A DNA stretch of 64,000 bases from an uncultured Nitrososphaerales archaeon (GCA_963709405.1 CAVPXM010000063.1:32001-96000); one strand, 5' to 3'; shown: positions 20,544 to 31,718, counted from the stretch's first letter. The notes: generated by a model not told the origin, from the sequence alone. Translations and numbers: made by a program.

Positions 20544-21616
20544 CGTACAATGATATAGAATTCCAACCTCTCATTAGAAAACTAATTTCCAAGAAAGAAT
20601 TGAGTGAAGAAGAGATCAGAAAATCTATTGATCTGATTTCTGGGACGCAAGTTTCGCATGTGTCAATAGCAGCCTTTTTAGTTGCCCTTACTATGAAAAA
20701 AGAGACTGCGAATGAGATTGGATACCTGATTAGATTTGTCAAAGAACATTCCATCCGTCTAACCCCAAAACTGAATTCCCCAATTGTCGATATTTGTGGA
20801 ACTGGAGGCGACTTGATCAGTACCCCTAATATCAGCACTGCAGCAGCTATCGTCGCATCCGCTAGTGGTGCTTGTGTGGCGAAACATGGAAACAAATCAA
20901 TGTCTGGTCTGTGTGGCAGCGCAGATTTTATGGAATACGTGGGCTTTGACCTCAATACTTCACCTGCAAATGTATTATCTTCCATAGAGCGGATAGGAAT
21001 AGGTTTTCTATTTGCCCCAAAATTTCACCCCGCCATGGCAGGGGCAGCTATTGCTCGCAAAATCATAGGTGCAAGAACGTTGTTCAACGTCATCGGCCCG
21101 CTTAGCAATCCATGCACTAATCTGTCCGGGCAAGTGATTGGCGTCACAGATGATTCATTAGTTGAGACAATCTCAGAAGCTAGTCGAAATTTCGGCATAA
21201 GAAACGTAATGGTAGTTCATGCCCACGACGGTCTAGATGAGTTATCTAATACGTGTCCGAATGACATCGTCTGGAGAAAAGAGGGCTACGTCCAGAGGAT
21301 TTGTTTGCACCCTAAAGATGTCAATTTAGATATAGCAACACTAGATGGATTGACTATGAAGACAAAAGAGCAATCTATTCGGACTACGCTTCGATGCATA
21401 TATGGCCAGGCAGAGAGGGACCTCTTGGGGATAGTTGAGTTAAACGCAGCGGCCGTTCTAGTTGTTGCGAATAAGGCTAGCGATTTAAAAGAAGGGATAG
21501 AACTTGCACGAGGGTCGATTAAAAATGGCAAGGCAAGAAAGAAGCTATCTGAATTAATTGAACGTTGCGGACGTAAGCGAAGACTTGAAGAAGTCGAAGA
21601 GGATTTCGAGCTATGA
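20540..21616 (+). CDS. trpD: Anthranilate phosphoribosyltransferase
   Basis: DICGTGGD, NISTA, KHGN, FLFAPKFHPAM, GPLSNP, DGLDE. Confidence 0.95.
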   Translation: MTYNDIEFQPLIRKLISKKELSEEEIRKSIDLISGTQVSHVSIAAFLVALTMKKETANEIGYLIRFVKEHSIRLTPKLNSPIVDICGTGGDLISTPNISTAAAIVASASGACVAKHGNKSMSGLCGSADFMEYVGFDLNTSPANVLSSIERIGIGFLFAPKFHPAMAGAAIARKIIGARTLFNVIGPLSNPCTNLSGQVIGVTDDSLVETISEASRNFGIRNVMVVHAHDGLDELSNTCPNDIVWRKEGYVQRICLHPKDVNLDIATLDGLTMKTKEQSIRTTLRCIYGQAERDLLGIVELNAAAVLVVANKASDLKEGIELARGSIKNGKARKKLSELIERCGRKRRLEEVEEDFEL

Positions 21617-21783
21617 ATTAGCTAAATTACTACCGGTTGTGCCAAGCACTGGGCTCAGCAATTTAATAGCCTACTAGGATATGACGCAAATCGCATGCCT
21701 TGAGAATATGATAACAGGTTCTGTAAGCCAATCTTTTGCCAAATTCATATTAAACGAATAACATCATGATTTAATCTAATTTA

Positions 21784-22465
21784 GGCTCTGTAAAGTTAAG
21801 GAAAAATCTATAGCTTTATGACTCCGATATAGGTTATGATGTGTCAAATAAGAAAGAGAACAGAACCTGAGGATATAGCATATTCTCTGTATCTGTATTT
21901 CCTTGGTCTTTCATTAAGAAATACTTCCAAAGCTGTGTCTAGATTTGTTAAAAGAAGTCATACTGCCATCAGAGACTGGATTCAAAAATATAAACCAGAG
22001 ATGTTAAGTTCCAGAAAGATAGATACGTATTACTGAATTTATAATTGATGAAACTATCATTAAAGTTGGTTCCGAATATATCTGGTTATGGATAGCCATT
22101 GAAAATGAATGATAACCGAGAAATCCTTCAAATAAGCATATCAAAAGAGAGAAACATGTTTGTTGCAGAACGTTTTATATTAAACCTTGTAAAAAGATAT
22201 GGAGAACATCTATCCTGTTTCAACTGATGGAGGTACATGGTATCCACAGACTTGTAGATTCTTGAGACTGCACCATCACATCCATTCTCCATATGAGAAA
22301 AGTATCATAGAAAGGACGGTACAATACATCAAAGATAGAACAGAATATTTCGATGATTATTTTCCTTGTAGAAAAAGTAAGTGTAAATTGCAACACATAC
22401 AAAAATGGTTGGATCTATTTGTTAGTCATCATAACAATAATTTGTTATCTTAACTTTACAGAGCC
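21784..22465 (+). mobile_element. IS6-family insertion sequence (682 bp)
   Basis: Perfect 17-bp inverted repeats GGCTCTGTAAAGTTAAG/CTTAACTTTACAGAGCC and an 8-bp direct repeat CTAATTTA (21776-21783 and 22466-22473). Confidence 0.93.
21836..22453 (+). pseudogene. IS6-family transposase, multiply frameshifted
   Basis: Fragments YSLYLYFLGLSLR, IDETIIKVG, TDGGTWYP, IERTVQYIKDRT in different frames. Confidence 0.88.
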
Positions 22466-22559
22466 CTAATTTATGATTAAACAGTAAAATACGCAGCTAG
22501 TGTACATTATATTTTTATTATATAAGCGCGTGTAAAGGCATGAGGGTAATTACTGCAAA

Positions 22560-23411
22560 TTGCAATCCCCTGATCAAAACTTCGCTGAAAAGGATATAGA
22601 TTCGTTAGATTGGCAAGAGCTCTTGAATTTGAAACGCAGATTCTCTTCGTATCTGAAAGAATTAACAAATGGAATCATTGAAATTGAAAGGTCCAAAATG
22701 CCATCCTTAAATCACAACATTCAAGCCGCCATGGATAGTCATAGGTTGTTAGTAAACAAGTCCAGAGATATTCGAGCTTCAGTCAGATCCAAAAATTCTG
22801 AATTTTTGGCAATTAGTCAAAAAATTTCACAATCCAAGGACTTTGTAAGTATGATGGAATCGAGGATTACAGATAACAGTGAGGATATATTATATCAGAC
22901 TAAAGATACTCTAACAAAAAATCTGGAAGACAAACAATACGAGAATGAAAGAGACAGAGCTAGAATAGTTCAGGAAATAAAAGATACGTCTATGAAGATA
23001 GAAGCTGTCAAGGCCGTAAATACAATCAAACAAGAACTAATTCAGTTCAATCGACAAGCGGAGGTTTTTAGAGATAATATCATGATAATGGAAAACGATA
23101 CCATAAAGTTGAATAATGATATTAATACAAGCAGAATTGCGCTAGATGCTTTATTTAAGGCTAGGCATAGGTTGGCCGGTGAACGAGGTAAGTTATTAAG
23201 CACCTATAATGAAGCACTGGCAAAGTTGGAGATGATTAATTCGAAGATGGACAAAATTGCTCAGGTGAGAAAGCAGCGTGTACAAGAGCATGGCCGTTAT
23301 GTCAGTGATAGCGTTCTTTTGAAAGTCAAAGAGGAGGCTAAAAAAAAGTTACAATCTGGATCGAAACTAAGTTTTGAAGAACTAAAATTATTGTATAATG
23401 ATGGCGGTTGA
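22560..23411 (+). CDS. Archaeal coiled-coil protein
   Basis: Heptad-rich 283 aa, ending EAKKKLQSGSKLSFEELKLL. Confidence 0.75.
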   Translation: MQSPDQNFAEKDIDSLDWQELLNLKRRFSSYLKELTNGIIEIERSKMPSLNHNIQAAMDSHRLLVNKSRDIRASVRSKNSEFLAISQKISQSKDFVSMMESRITDNSEDILYQTKDTLTKNLEDKQYENERDRARIVQEIKDTSMKIEAVKAVNTIKQELIQFNRQAEVFRDNIMIMENDTIKLNNDINTSRIALDALFKARHRLAGERGKLLSTYNEALAKLEMINSKMDKIAQVRKQRVQEHGRYVSDSVLLKVKEEAKKKLQSGSKLSFEELKLLYNDGG

Positions 23412-23529
23412 CACATGAAAAATATCTCATTATGTGATTAAATTGCTGACGAAAGAAGTAAGACTGTTATCTAATATCGTCTATTCATTAGTAAGCTGAG
23501 CACCATTCGCGGGGATGGGTATAATAGGC

Positions 23530-24138
23530 TTAAGAAGGACAGTTTGATGCCTTGAAATCAAGACAAACAAGATATATCTCGCTGCTTGACTGCCTACTTG
23601 CAACAGGCTTACTTAGTTTTACCCTGTGGAATCGAGTTGATAATTCACTTACAAAACCTCTTAAAGTCTCACCTTCAAAAACTTTAAACACCCCAGTTCC
23701 GCCGCTCTTCAGCAAGTTGGCGGCCATTTGGAAGGCAATACGACTCAGGTTGATTTGCGTAATATGATCAACTTCCCATATTCCACTTATATTTGGAGAA
23801 AGATCTGATAATACTACATCTATTTCATTTCTGAAATGCTTGATCAAATACTGTCGTAAAGCTGGATCCTCCACTGAATAGTTCAAAAATAATATACCTT
23901 CAAGATGAGTTATCTGTTTGAGATCTGTGCCTATAACGATGCCATCATGCCCTACTTCCCCTTTAGCAACTTGCAGCCACCCTCCCGGGTATGATCCGAA
24001 GTCTATGATCCTACCACCCTTTCGCAAAAAATGGTAGGACTTGTTTAACTGAAGAAGTTTGTATGCAGATCTACTTCTAAAGCCATCACTCTTTGCCAGT
24101 TTGCGATAATGATCCTTTCTTGCATCACGCAGCTTCAT
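23530..24138 (-). CDS. rlmE: 23S rRNA Um2552 methyltransferase (FtsJ/RrmJ)
   Basis: FRSRSAYKL, DFGSYPGGWLQ, VLSDLSPNISG, KPVASR..SSEIY. Confidence 0.93.
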   Translation of the reverse strand: MKLRDARKDHYRKLAKSDGFRSRSAYKLLQLNKSYHFLRKGGRIIDFGSYPGGWLQVAKGEVGHDGIVIGTDLKQITHLEGILFLNYSVEDPALRQYLIKHFRNEIDVVLSDLSPNISGIWEVDHITQINLSRIAFQMAANLLKSGGTGVFKVFEGETLRGFVSELSTRFHRVKLSKPVASRQSSSEIYLVCLDFKASNCPS

Positions 24139-24196
24139 TAGTTATGAATTCCGAATGCAGCGCGACCTAGAAACTGTTCTAACAGCTCATACTAGC

Positions 24197-25704
24197 CTAA
24201 AGTGTCACAAATATTTTGTCAAAATAGTCTGATTGCTCTTTTGTTAGTTCCGCTGCCTTCCCCTTCAGAAACATTTGCGAGGTTCTTGGCTAATTTCTTC
24301 TTATATTCCAATTGCATTTGACGTGCGATTTGGATTCTCTGTGCCTGAGGGGAACCTGCACCGTGCATTGACTCAGTAAGGTAACCAACGGCATTGCGGC
24401 CCATTGTCATATTTTCTATCAATCGCAAAATCCTTACCCTATTCTCAGTAGACACACCCTTCTTGCCCCTTAAATACTTCTCCAGCAATGGACCCGTATA
24501 AGGACTCCTAAAGTCTTTTTCTGAAGGCATAGTTACCATAAGGCCACCCGCGATGTCTTGAGCCAGCCTGCCCAGTTCGTACGGAAAACGTGTGACATTG
24601 TGTTTGCAAACATTTGCTAGCATGTCATCATTCTGGTAGTTTCCGGATGCCGTCTTATGGGATTGATAAGATGAAGCAATACCTGCGAGCAAAAATCGTC
24701 TCGTTCAGATGAGTCATTTCAACGAGCTTGTCTTTAATGTGAGATGCATTAGCAATCCCATTATAATCAGCTGTGGCCGCAGCTGCGCCAATCAAAACAT
24801 CCCCGAGTCCAGTTTTGCAGACGTAGCTCCTTCTATGGTAGCAAGTGAACCGTTCTACCAGCATTGAAGCAAATTCAACTTCGCCTCGCATGAAGATCAA
24901 TTCATTGGGAATGAATACCTTATCCAAAATCATCATGGCTTCCTGTCCCGAATACTTCGCGTTACCCGCGTCAAGAGTTCCACCTTCCATGCTTCGTGTA
25001 TCGCAGGATTGTCTCCCATAGATATACGTAATTCCTTCTGCATTAACTGGTATTGCACCAACTATTGCATAATCCTTATCCTCTGGTCGCAATCGCATGG
25101 TTGGCATGATTATGATCCAGTGCGAATTGATACACCCTGTCTGATGCGCTTTAGCTCCGCTCACGTAAACTCCATTTTCATCTGCCTTCACAATATGCAC
25201 AAACATGTCAGGATCTTCTTGCTGAGAAGGCGCAAGGCTTCTATCTCCCTTTACGTCGGTCATAGCTCCGCCAATAACTAGATTCTCCTTCTGTATCAAT
25301 TTGATAAATTCAATCAATCTCTTCTGATAAACTGTGTTATATTTCGAATCAATTTCATAGGTTGTAGAGTATAATGAATTCAGTGCATCCATTCCTACGC
25401 ATCGTTGAAAACAAGTTCCGGTTAATTGCCCCAACTTTCGTTGCATCTTGTTTTGGTTTACCAGATCTTCTCCCCGCTCTGTAATGTGCAAAAATCTATT
25501 TACTTTGATACCCGATAGTGAAGATTCTGCAGATCCCAAATCTGGGTCTCTTTCCGCCAGATCATACGTTTCAGCTACGGCATTTATTGATGGACGAATC
25601 ATCGGATGATCTACAGGTTCCTTGATGAGTTCGCCAAACAAATAAACCTTCAAATTCCTACCCCGCAAGCTTTGGATGTAATCTGCCCCGTTTTTAATAG
25701 GCAT
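24197..25704 (-). CDS. hcd: 4-hydroxybutyryl-CoA dehydratase (HP/HB carbon fixation cycle); frameshifts near 24690 and 24255
   Basis: GTCFQRCVGMDA, AMTDVKGDRS, GAKAHQTG, YHRRSYVCK, ESMHGAGSPQAQ. The likely C-terminus (ELTKEQSDYFDKIF) is in a third frame. Confidence 0.92.
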
Positions 25705-26030
25705 TATAAACAACTTATGCTTCAGATAATATTTATACCTTTTTGGATATTCAATGTATAAGAATTGTTTTAGACCTGGAAACGAAAATACAAAGTTTGG
25801 CAATATTTTGTGGAGACGGCTGGCATAACGACGTTAGAGGCAGTATTTAAATGAGCGGCATTCTTCCGGGATCCATGCGAGGTAGATTCTTGAATTATCC
25901 CAGCCTTCGGCCACAAAAAAATAGTCGGCATAAGCTACACATCTAAGAATAGTAGATTCACCCGGACCAGACCAATTCCGAACGAAATGGCGTAGAACAT
26001 TTTTTATGTCTGCCTTTCTCTCAAGAGTTC

Positions 26031-26567
26031 ATGGTGTCCAAAGAAGTAGACCTACGCAAACTAATTCAAGAATATCCTGATTTTCCGAAACAGGGCGTCT
26101 TGTTCAGAGATATTAATCCAGTACTTCGCAATGCAAAGGCACTAGATTTTATAGCTGAAGAATTCAAGAATAGGCTAAACGGACGTAAGATTGATTTAGT
26201 AGTAGGGATTGAATCTAGAGGTTTTATCATAGCTACTGCTATTGCTCTAAAATTCCAAGTCGGATTAGTCGTTGTTAGAAAGGCTGGAAAGCTACCAGGT
26301 CAAACAATAAAGAAGTCATACGAAATTGAATACGGTAGCGCGATAATGGAGATGCAGGTTAGTGCGCTGGATAAAAACCAGGCTGTACTCGTTGCAGATG
26401 ATTTGATAGCTACTGGTGGAACAGCTATGGCCTCTGCTAAGATTATAGAAGAATTAGGGAGTAGGGTTGTTGGATTTGCTTTCCTAGTTGAGCTTGGGAA
26501 GTTGCGCGGCGGAATGATACTCAGGAATTTAGGATACAATGTAATATCACTAGCGGTGTATAACTAA
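26031..26567 (+). CDS. apt: Adenine phosphoribosyltransferase
   Basis: PDFPKQGVLFRDI, GIESRGF, RKAGKLPG, VADDLIATGGT. Confidence 0.95.
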   Translation: MVSKEVDLRKLIQEYPDFPKQGVLFRDINPVLRNAKALDFIAEEFKNRLNGRKIDLVVGIESRGFIIATAIALKFQVGLVVVRKAGKLPGQTIKKSYEIEYGSAIMEMQVSALDKNQAVLVADDLIATGGTAMASAKIIEELGSRVVGFAFLVELGKLRGGMILRNLGYNVISLAVYN

Positions 26568-26570
26568 TTC

Positions 26571-27371
26571 GTGAGCTCCATTTCAGCCGAAATAGGTATA
26601 CTGGGTGGCACAGGAATCTATAGCGCCGAGATGTTCAGTGATGTAACTGAATTAAAGGTCCATACTCCTTATGGAGAAACCTCAGACACAGTGTGTATTG
26701 GGAAGTATTCCAATAGATCAATTGCTTTTATTCCTAGACATGGAAAGGGTCATAGAATACCACCACATCGAATTAACTACCTTGCTAATATTTGGGCGTT
26801 CAAGAGTTTGGGCGTGAAGCGAATAGTTGCCCCTTCAGCCGTCGGGAGTCTGAAGACTCGCTATAAGCCAGGCGACATTGTTGTCCCTGATCAATTCATA
26901 GACTTAACCAAGAGTAGAGATTACACCTTTTATGACGGCGGGCAAGTGTGTCATATTTCGATGGCTCAACCATTCTGTCCAGAATTGACCAGAATTGCTT
27001 TCGATAGCATAAGAGAATTGTCTTTCGATGGTCATCCAAGTGGAACCTACCTATGTATAGAAGGTCCTAGATTTTCAACTGTGGCTGAATCAAGATACTA
27101 TAGAGAAGTACTAAACGCAGACATTATCGGAATGACGCTTATTCCTGAATGTGTATTGGCAAGAGAGGCAGAAATATGCTATGTTTCATTGTCTACCGTG
27201 ACCGATTATGATGTCTGGACAGAGAATACAGTAAATTCGAAGGATATTGTTGCAATTCTTGAAAAGAATGTGTCTAAAACAAAAAAAATCATTATGCAGA
27301 TCATATCGCAAATACCGGCAGGAAGAGAAAAGTGTACGTGCGGTCATTCGCTTGATAATTCAGTACTATGA
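26571..27371 (+). CDS. mtnP: S-methyl-5'-thioadenosine phosphorylase
   Basis: IGILGGTG, PRHGKGH, SAVGSL, EGPRFSTVAES, TVTDYD. Confidence 0.93.
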   Translation: MSSISAEIGILGGTGIYSAEMFSDVTELKVHTPYGETSDTVCIGKYSNRSIAFIPRHGKGHRIPPHRINYLANIWAFKSLGVKRIVAPSAVGSLKTRYKPGDIVVPDQFIDLTKSRDYTFYDGGQVCHISMAQPFCPELTRIAFDSIRELSFDGHPSGTYLCIEGPRFSTVAESRYYREVLNADIIGMTLIPECVLAREAEICYVSLSTVTDYDVWTENTVNSKDIVAILEKNVSKTKKIIMQIISQIPAGREKCTCGHSLDNSVL

Positions 27372-27680
27372 ATTGACTGTGCCAGTTTCTGATGGCTTTC
27401 CTTGAAGTGTCACCTCCCCTTCTACTAGCTTTCTCTGTATGTTTAAATACACGACTTCTGGATCAAGCCCCATTTTTATGATCTCTTTTAACGCAACTTT
27501 CGGTATAGTTAGACTAATATTATGACCGCCTATTCTACCAAATGCAAGAGCTTTGAACCTAAATTCCTTACCATTTAGCAGAAAGTAACCGCTCAACTTG
27601 CTAGCTATGTTTCCCCCTTTTGCAGATTTCACAACTACCGTTATAGGTATATTATCTCCGGTATCTGAAGCAAGTTTCAT
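27366..27680 (-). CDS. Hypothetical protein
   Basis: 104-aa ORF translationally coupled (ATGA overlap) to the upstream ORF. Confidence 0.7.
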   Translation of the reverse strand: MKLASDTGDNIPITVVVKSAKGGNIASKLSGYFLLNGKEFRFKALAFGRIGGHNISLTIPKVALKEIIKMGLDPEVVYLNIQRKLVEGEVTLQGKPSETGTVNS

Positions 27681-28099
27681 TTTGCATTGCCCTCTACAGC
27701 GATATCTATGTTTCTATTAACATTTTTTTCTACAAGAAAGCTCCACCATTCGTCGTCCACTATAGTATAGTCTTTTACCCTCACTGATATAATTTTTTCA
27801 TCAATATCATCAGTAAACCTAGCACTCCCATCCTTGATTAGGCCTACAAGGTTCCACCTATCCTTTCCTATTCTATTCTTATTCACTGCGACTGACCACT
27901 TTCGATCTCTGGGAATTTTTGGCATTCCTATTTTATCGCCGATATCTAGTACACCCAGTCGTTTCTCTTCGCAGAAAAGTTCCTTAGTAACGACACTACG
28001 CCAAATGTCGATTGCACCAATAGTTTTTTCGTTCTCAAGGAGATTTATGACACCAAAATACACCACCTTATCTGCACCCAGTTGTTTCGAATCCGACAT
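27677..28099 (-). CDS. Hypothetical protein
   Basis: 140-aa ORF in an operon-like run on the - strand. Confidence 0.7.
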   Translation of the reverse strand: MSDSKQLGADKVVYFGVINLLENEKTIGAIDIWRSVVTKELFCEEKRLGVLDIGDKIGMPKIPRDRKWSVAVNKNRIGKDRWNLVGLIKDGSARFTDDIDEKIISVRVKDYTIVDDEWWSFLVEKNVNRNIDIAVEGNAK

Positions 28100-28130
28100 T
28101 TTCGTAATTATTGAATCAATCTTTGCCTAT

Positions 28131-28475
28131 TTAGACATTGATATGTTCGTAGTATTCCGCCATTACAGCCCCGACATGGTCTATTAATTCGTTTCTGCGA
28201 AATGGAATATTATCTTCTTTGCATCTTTCTCTATATCTATTGACAATTGCAAATCTAGGGTGCAGAGGAGTATATTCATTGCATGACATCTGGATTATCA
28301 TACCAAAATCAACCAGAGATCGGGCAGTCTTTTCTGCCACCTCTCTTGAACAGTTCAGATCTAAACTGATTCGATCTACAGACCTGCGACCAGTTTTTAC
28401 CATGTGTAGGAATAGCTCTGATTCTCGCTCGGATAGCTTCAATTCGGTTTGTAGCACGATTAATGGATCTTTCAT
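28131..28475 (-). CDS. TrmB-like winged-helix protein
   Basis: LSERESELFLHMV...ARSLVDFGMI..Y.PLHP pattern; start placed at MKDPL. Confidence 0.7.
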   Translation of the reverse strand: MKDPLIVLQTELKLSERESELFLHMVKTGRRSVDRISLDLNCSREVAEKTARSLVDFGMIIQMSCNEYTPLHPRFAIVNRYRERCKEDNIPFRRNELIDHVGAVMAEYYEHINV

Positions 28476-28830
28476 ATCCTGCTGAGGTCGAGTTATGAGA
28501 TAGTGACATAAATATATCTGTTGCAAGTAAAAAGATCATTCGGATTATATACATGTTCTATACGTTTTTTGCTTAAATCTAATAATATTATAATGAAGGG
28601 TCGTGAAATGATATGAGGAGCGAATAACTAGTGTATATGTACCAAAACTGATTCTGCTTGCCAATATAGCACCAATGTGCTCCATCTCGGCCTAGATAGA
28701 AATGATGAAACATTTCTATCTTACCTTACACATTGCAAAAAATAAGTGACAAAATCCTCATATTAGCCATTACACAAATTAGGTATTAACTGTTCTATGT
28801 ATTAGAAATATTCTTGATTTAGATAATATT

Positions 28831-29697
28831 TTAATAGTAAGTAATCTGCCCGCCCCCGATCTGCGTGCCAAGACCAGTAAATATCAAGATATTTACCAAG
28901 ATTACGGACACGACAGTTAATGATGATATCATTATTACCCTATATCCCTTGGGTATCATTTGTCTCCTCAACATAATCAAAAAGGATACGGACAGGAGCG
29001 CGGCTATTGAAAGGGACGAAATCATAGTAGCATTGGTAATCATCTTTCCAGCGTATGAGATGCTAGGATTCGTTAATATCTGCGTGCCAAGACCAGTAAA
29101 TATCAAGATATTTACCAAGATTACGGACACGACAGTTAATGATGATATCATTATTACCCTATATCCCTTGGGTATCATTTGTCTCCTCAACATAATCAAA
29201 AAGGATACGGACAGGAGCGCGGCTATTGAAAGGGACGAAATCATAGTAGCATTGGTAATCATCTTTCCAGCGTATGACATGCCTGGAAAAATAGTGTATG
29301 ATTGAGAGTATATCCCGACGCAAACAGATACTACGATCGCCATCGCCAATAATATCACTAGGTTTCCACGTATGAAATTCAACATAGAGTATTTTAGATC
29401 TACTTCTAGAGGTTCAGAATGCTGATCTCCCGACTCGGAATCTTCATCTTTGTGAATATCGGGAGCTTTAAAGTCAATTTCCTTAAGTAGTCCCCAGCCA
29501 TCCTGGGTAATAAGATACTGCTTAGAATCCTTCGTTATGTACTTGCCCATTCTTTCCAAATGGTAGTAGATAGAACCAGTCGACAGGCCGGTTGCATCTC
29601 TAATATCTGAGAAACCCGCACAGCCTTTTCTTCCAGCAATTGCCTTCAATATTTTCAACCTTGTACGCCTAGCACGCAGTTGTGTTTCTCCAGTCAA
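28831..29697 (-). CDS. Membrane-anchored winged-HTH (ArsR-like) regulator with duplicated transmembrane segment
   Basis: N-terminal GFSDIRDATGLSTGSIYYHL HTH; C-terminal hydrophobic helices repeated. Confidence 0.8.
   Translation of the reverse strand: MTGETQLRARRTRLKILKAIAGRKGCAGFSDIRDATGLSTGSIYYHLERMGKYITKDSKQYLITQDGWGLLKEIDFKAPDIHKDEDSESGDQHSEPLEVDLKYSMLNFIRGNLVILLAMAIVVSVCVGIYSQSYTIFPGMSYAGKMITNATMISSLSIAALLSVSFLIMLRRQMIPKGYRVIMISSLTVVSVILVNILIFTGLGTQILTNPSISYAGKMITNATMISSLSIAALLSVSFLIMLRRQMIPKGYRVIMISSLTVVSVILVNILIFTGLGTQIGGGQITYY
28859..29277. repeat. Two identical 200-bp direct repeats with a 219-bp period
   Basis: 28859-29058 matches 29078-29277; in frame (73 codons). Confidence 0.95.
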
Positions 29698-29885
29698 TAT
29701 CGTTGATATATCTTGAAATTATTTATCTGTTTCTAGCTTGTTTGAGTAGTTGCGACCACAGAATTGTTACATACTTTAGCTAATCAAATCTCTGAAATTT
29801 CTGATTTTGGCCTTATGAAAATAAATGATACGCTCGAGTAAGACTTATACAGATATACTTTTGTAACGTAAACTGATGCCACCGT

Positions 29886-30024
29886 GGGGTCGTAGCGAAG
29901 CCTGGCATCGCAACGGGCTCCAGATCTTTAGACTAGGGCTGGTCTTAAATGGAGGAAACCCGTGGATCAGGGGTTCAAGTAAATATGGTGAAATGCCTAT
30001 TCAGAACATATCCCTTCGGCCCCA
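29886..30024 (+). tRNA. tRNA-Trp(CCA) with an anticodon-loop intron and a 31-nt T-loop intron
   Basis: GGGGTCG/CGGCCCC acceptor; ACGGG-CTCCA...CCCGT; T-loop intron 29979-30009 with BHB helix GTTC/GAAC. Confidence 0.88.
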
Positions 30025-30114
30025 CATATTTTAGTCCATTCAAGGCATATCATTCCTATGTAAGTTTGCCTCGTTGATGTAAAATCGTGGATTAACCTAG
30101 CAGGGATTTCGATG

Positions 30115-30410
30115 CTAATATATGGATTTTGAAAGCTCTTCCGGAGACCCAAATGTTCCGCTGGCTTCAGGCAGGTGCATTTCAATAGCTCTAGCCGCAG
30201 CCTCCAAAAATATCTTTATTGCGGCCTGTTTCTTTATCGAATTGAACAGTTTTTTGGGGACCTTAATCTCTCGAAATATAATACAGAACTTTCCTCAATG
30301 ATAATATCTGCGTCTGAACAAGGAACTCCGTGTTTGATAAGGTGTGCCTCTAGCTTGCTTGCAAAAAGGGCAAATTGAATAGAATTGGCATTATGATTAA
30401 TGTTTGCCAT
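30115..30410 (-). CDS. Hypothetical protein, frameshifted at a C5A5 run near 30255
   Basis: MANINHNANSIQFALFASKLEAHLIKHGV... continues in another frame as KLFNSIKK...GTFGSPEELSKSIY. Confidence 0.55.
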
Positions 30411-30675
30411 CTTTATTACTCATCGGAGATTTCTTAATATGAGCACACCATTCTTTTTACTTTTCTGGATCAGAAGTTGGTGCTGTCATGAAAATATACT
30501 AGCATATCAATTTGGCTATTAATTACTCAGCTAATGAAGACCAATGCCCCGACATCGAAGTTACCTTCTGATGATCTTAATGAGGTTTAACCAAAGCCAG
30601 AATCAATCCGGATATTCTTCTGATATATGGGCATTTTCCTTAACATTATCAACTACCGGGATCTGGAGACCATAT

Positions 30676-30936
30676 TCACTTTCTGTATTTGTAATAAGTT
30701 CCCAGCCTGAGCATTAGAACTCCCGCAGCAATAAATGATAATGAAACGAACGCAAACCCAGGGTTTATAAGCGACAAAAATGGCTCTGGCGCCCTAGACA
30801 AATATTTGCATTTAGTCCCCGCAACACAATGCTCTACAACTGGAAAAGCAAGTAGCAGAGCTATCAGTATCACAAAGAAGCAAATTCCTACAAATGCACA
30901 TACTGCTCCCGACTTGATAATCACCTCTAGATTCAA
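30676..30936 (-). CDS. Small two-TM membrane protein
   Basis: Two hydrophobic segments separated by a Cys-containing loop. Confidence 0.55.
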   Translation of the reverse strand: MNLEVIIKSGAVCAFVGICFFVILIALLLAFPVVEHCVAGTKCKYLSRAPEPFLSLINPGFAFVSLSFIAAGVLMLRLGTYYKYRK

Positions 30937-30967
30937 AATTTCACCCTTTGGAAGAGGTCTACTTGGT

Positions 30968-31570
30968 TCACAATTTAGATCTGAGTTGCTTTATGTCTAG
31001 TGTAACATATTTGTATGTACTACCTTTCGAAACCTCGTTAAAACGTTCGTTATAGTAGAGATATGGCAAACCTTCATGAAGGTGGCGATTCCATAGGCTG
31101 TGAACCGCATCGAAATATTCTTTTCTTTTATTCCCCTTGATCCTCAATGCCTCGTGCGAAATTAAATGCGAAATCTTTGGACAGTTTATGTCGGCGAAGT
31201 ATTTAGATCTAACTGACCCAACACACGCTTTATCCGGTCTTCGCCACTGAACCATGCCAAAGTTATCTGCACTGTAACCTTCTGTTCCACAATCAGTCCA
31301 AAACGGCTTGAAATAAGTTAAATAAAAGTGATATACCTTATTCCCCCTTTCCTTATGATCTCGCATAAGATAGCTAAGTGACATCCTGTCGAAAAGCTTG
31401 CCAGTTACAACCGGCAAGATGTCTGCCTCAAGGTTGAATTCAATATTGAAGAGACGTCTAATCCACCAATGAAAGAACCTTGCCATCGAATAGACATAAT
31501 CCCAATCTTCTTTCTCCCTTTCCTGCCACTCATCGTGCTTGGATACATATATGAAGAAAAGCTTTTGCAT
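30968..31570 (-). CDS. Hypothetical protein with zincin-like His motif
   Basis: 200-aa ORF; PFWTDC..GY and SHLISHE motifs. Confidence 0.7.
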   Translation of the reverse strand: MQKLFFIYVSKHDEWQEREKEDWDYVYSMARFFHWWIRRLFNIEFNLEADILPVVTGKLFDRMSLSYLMRDHKERGNKVYHFYLTYFKPFWTDCGTEGYSADNFGMVQWRRPDKACVGSVRSKYFADINCPKISHLISHEALRIKGNKRKEYFDAVHSLWNRHLHEGLPYLYYNERFNEVSKGSTYKYVTLDIKQLRSKL

Positions 31571-31718
31571 GGTCGATATCCATTTAGGAAGGACTTGGTT
31601 TAAAATTGTAAGGTTTAGAAAGGCAAATCATAATCAAACTGATTATTGGGCAATAGGTTTTCGGCTCGTTTATCTATGCGAGTTTGCCTCAGATTTTTAA
31701 ATGCTAGAGACAAGGCTG

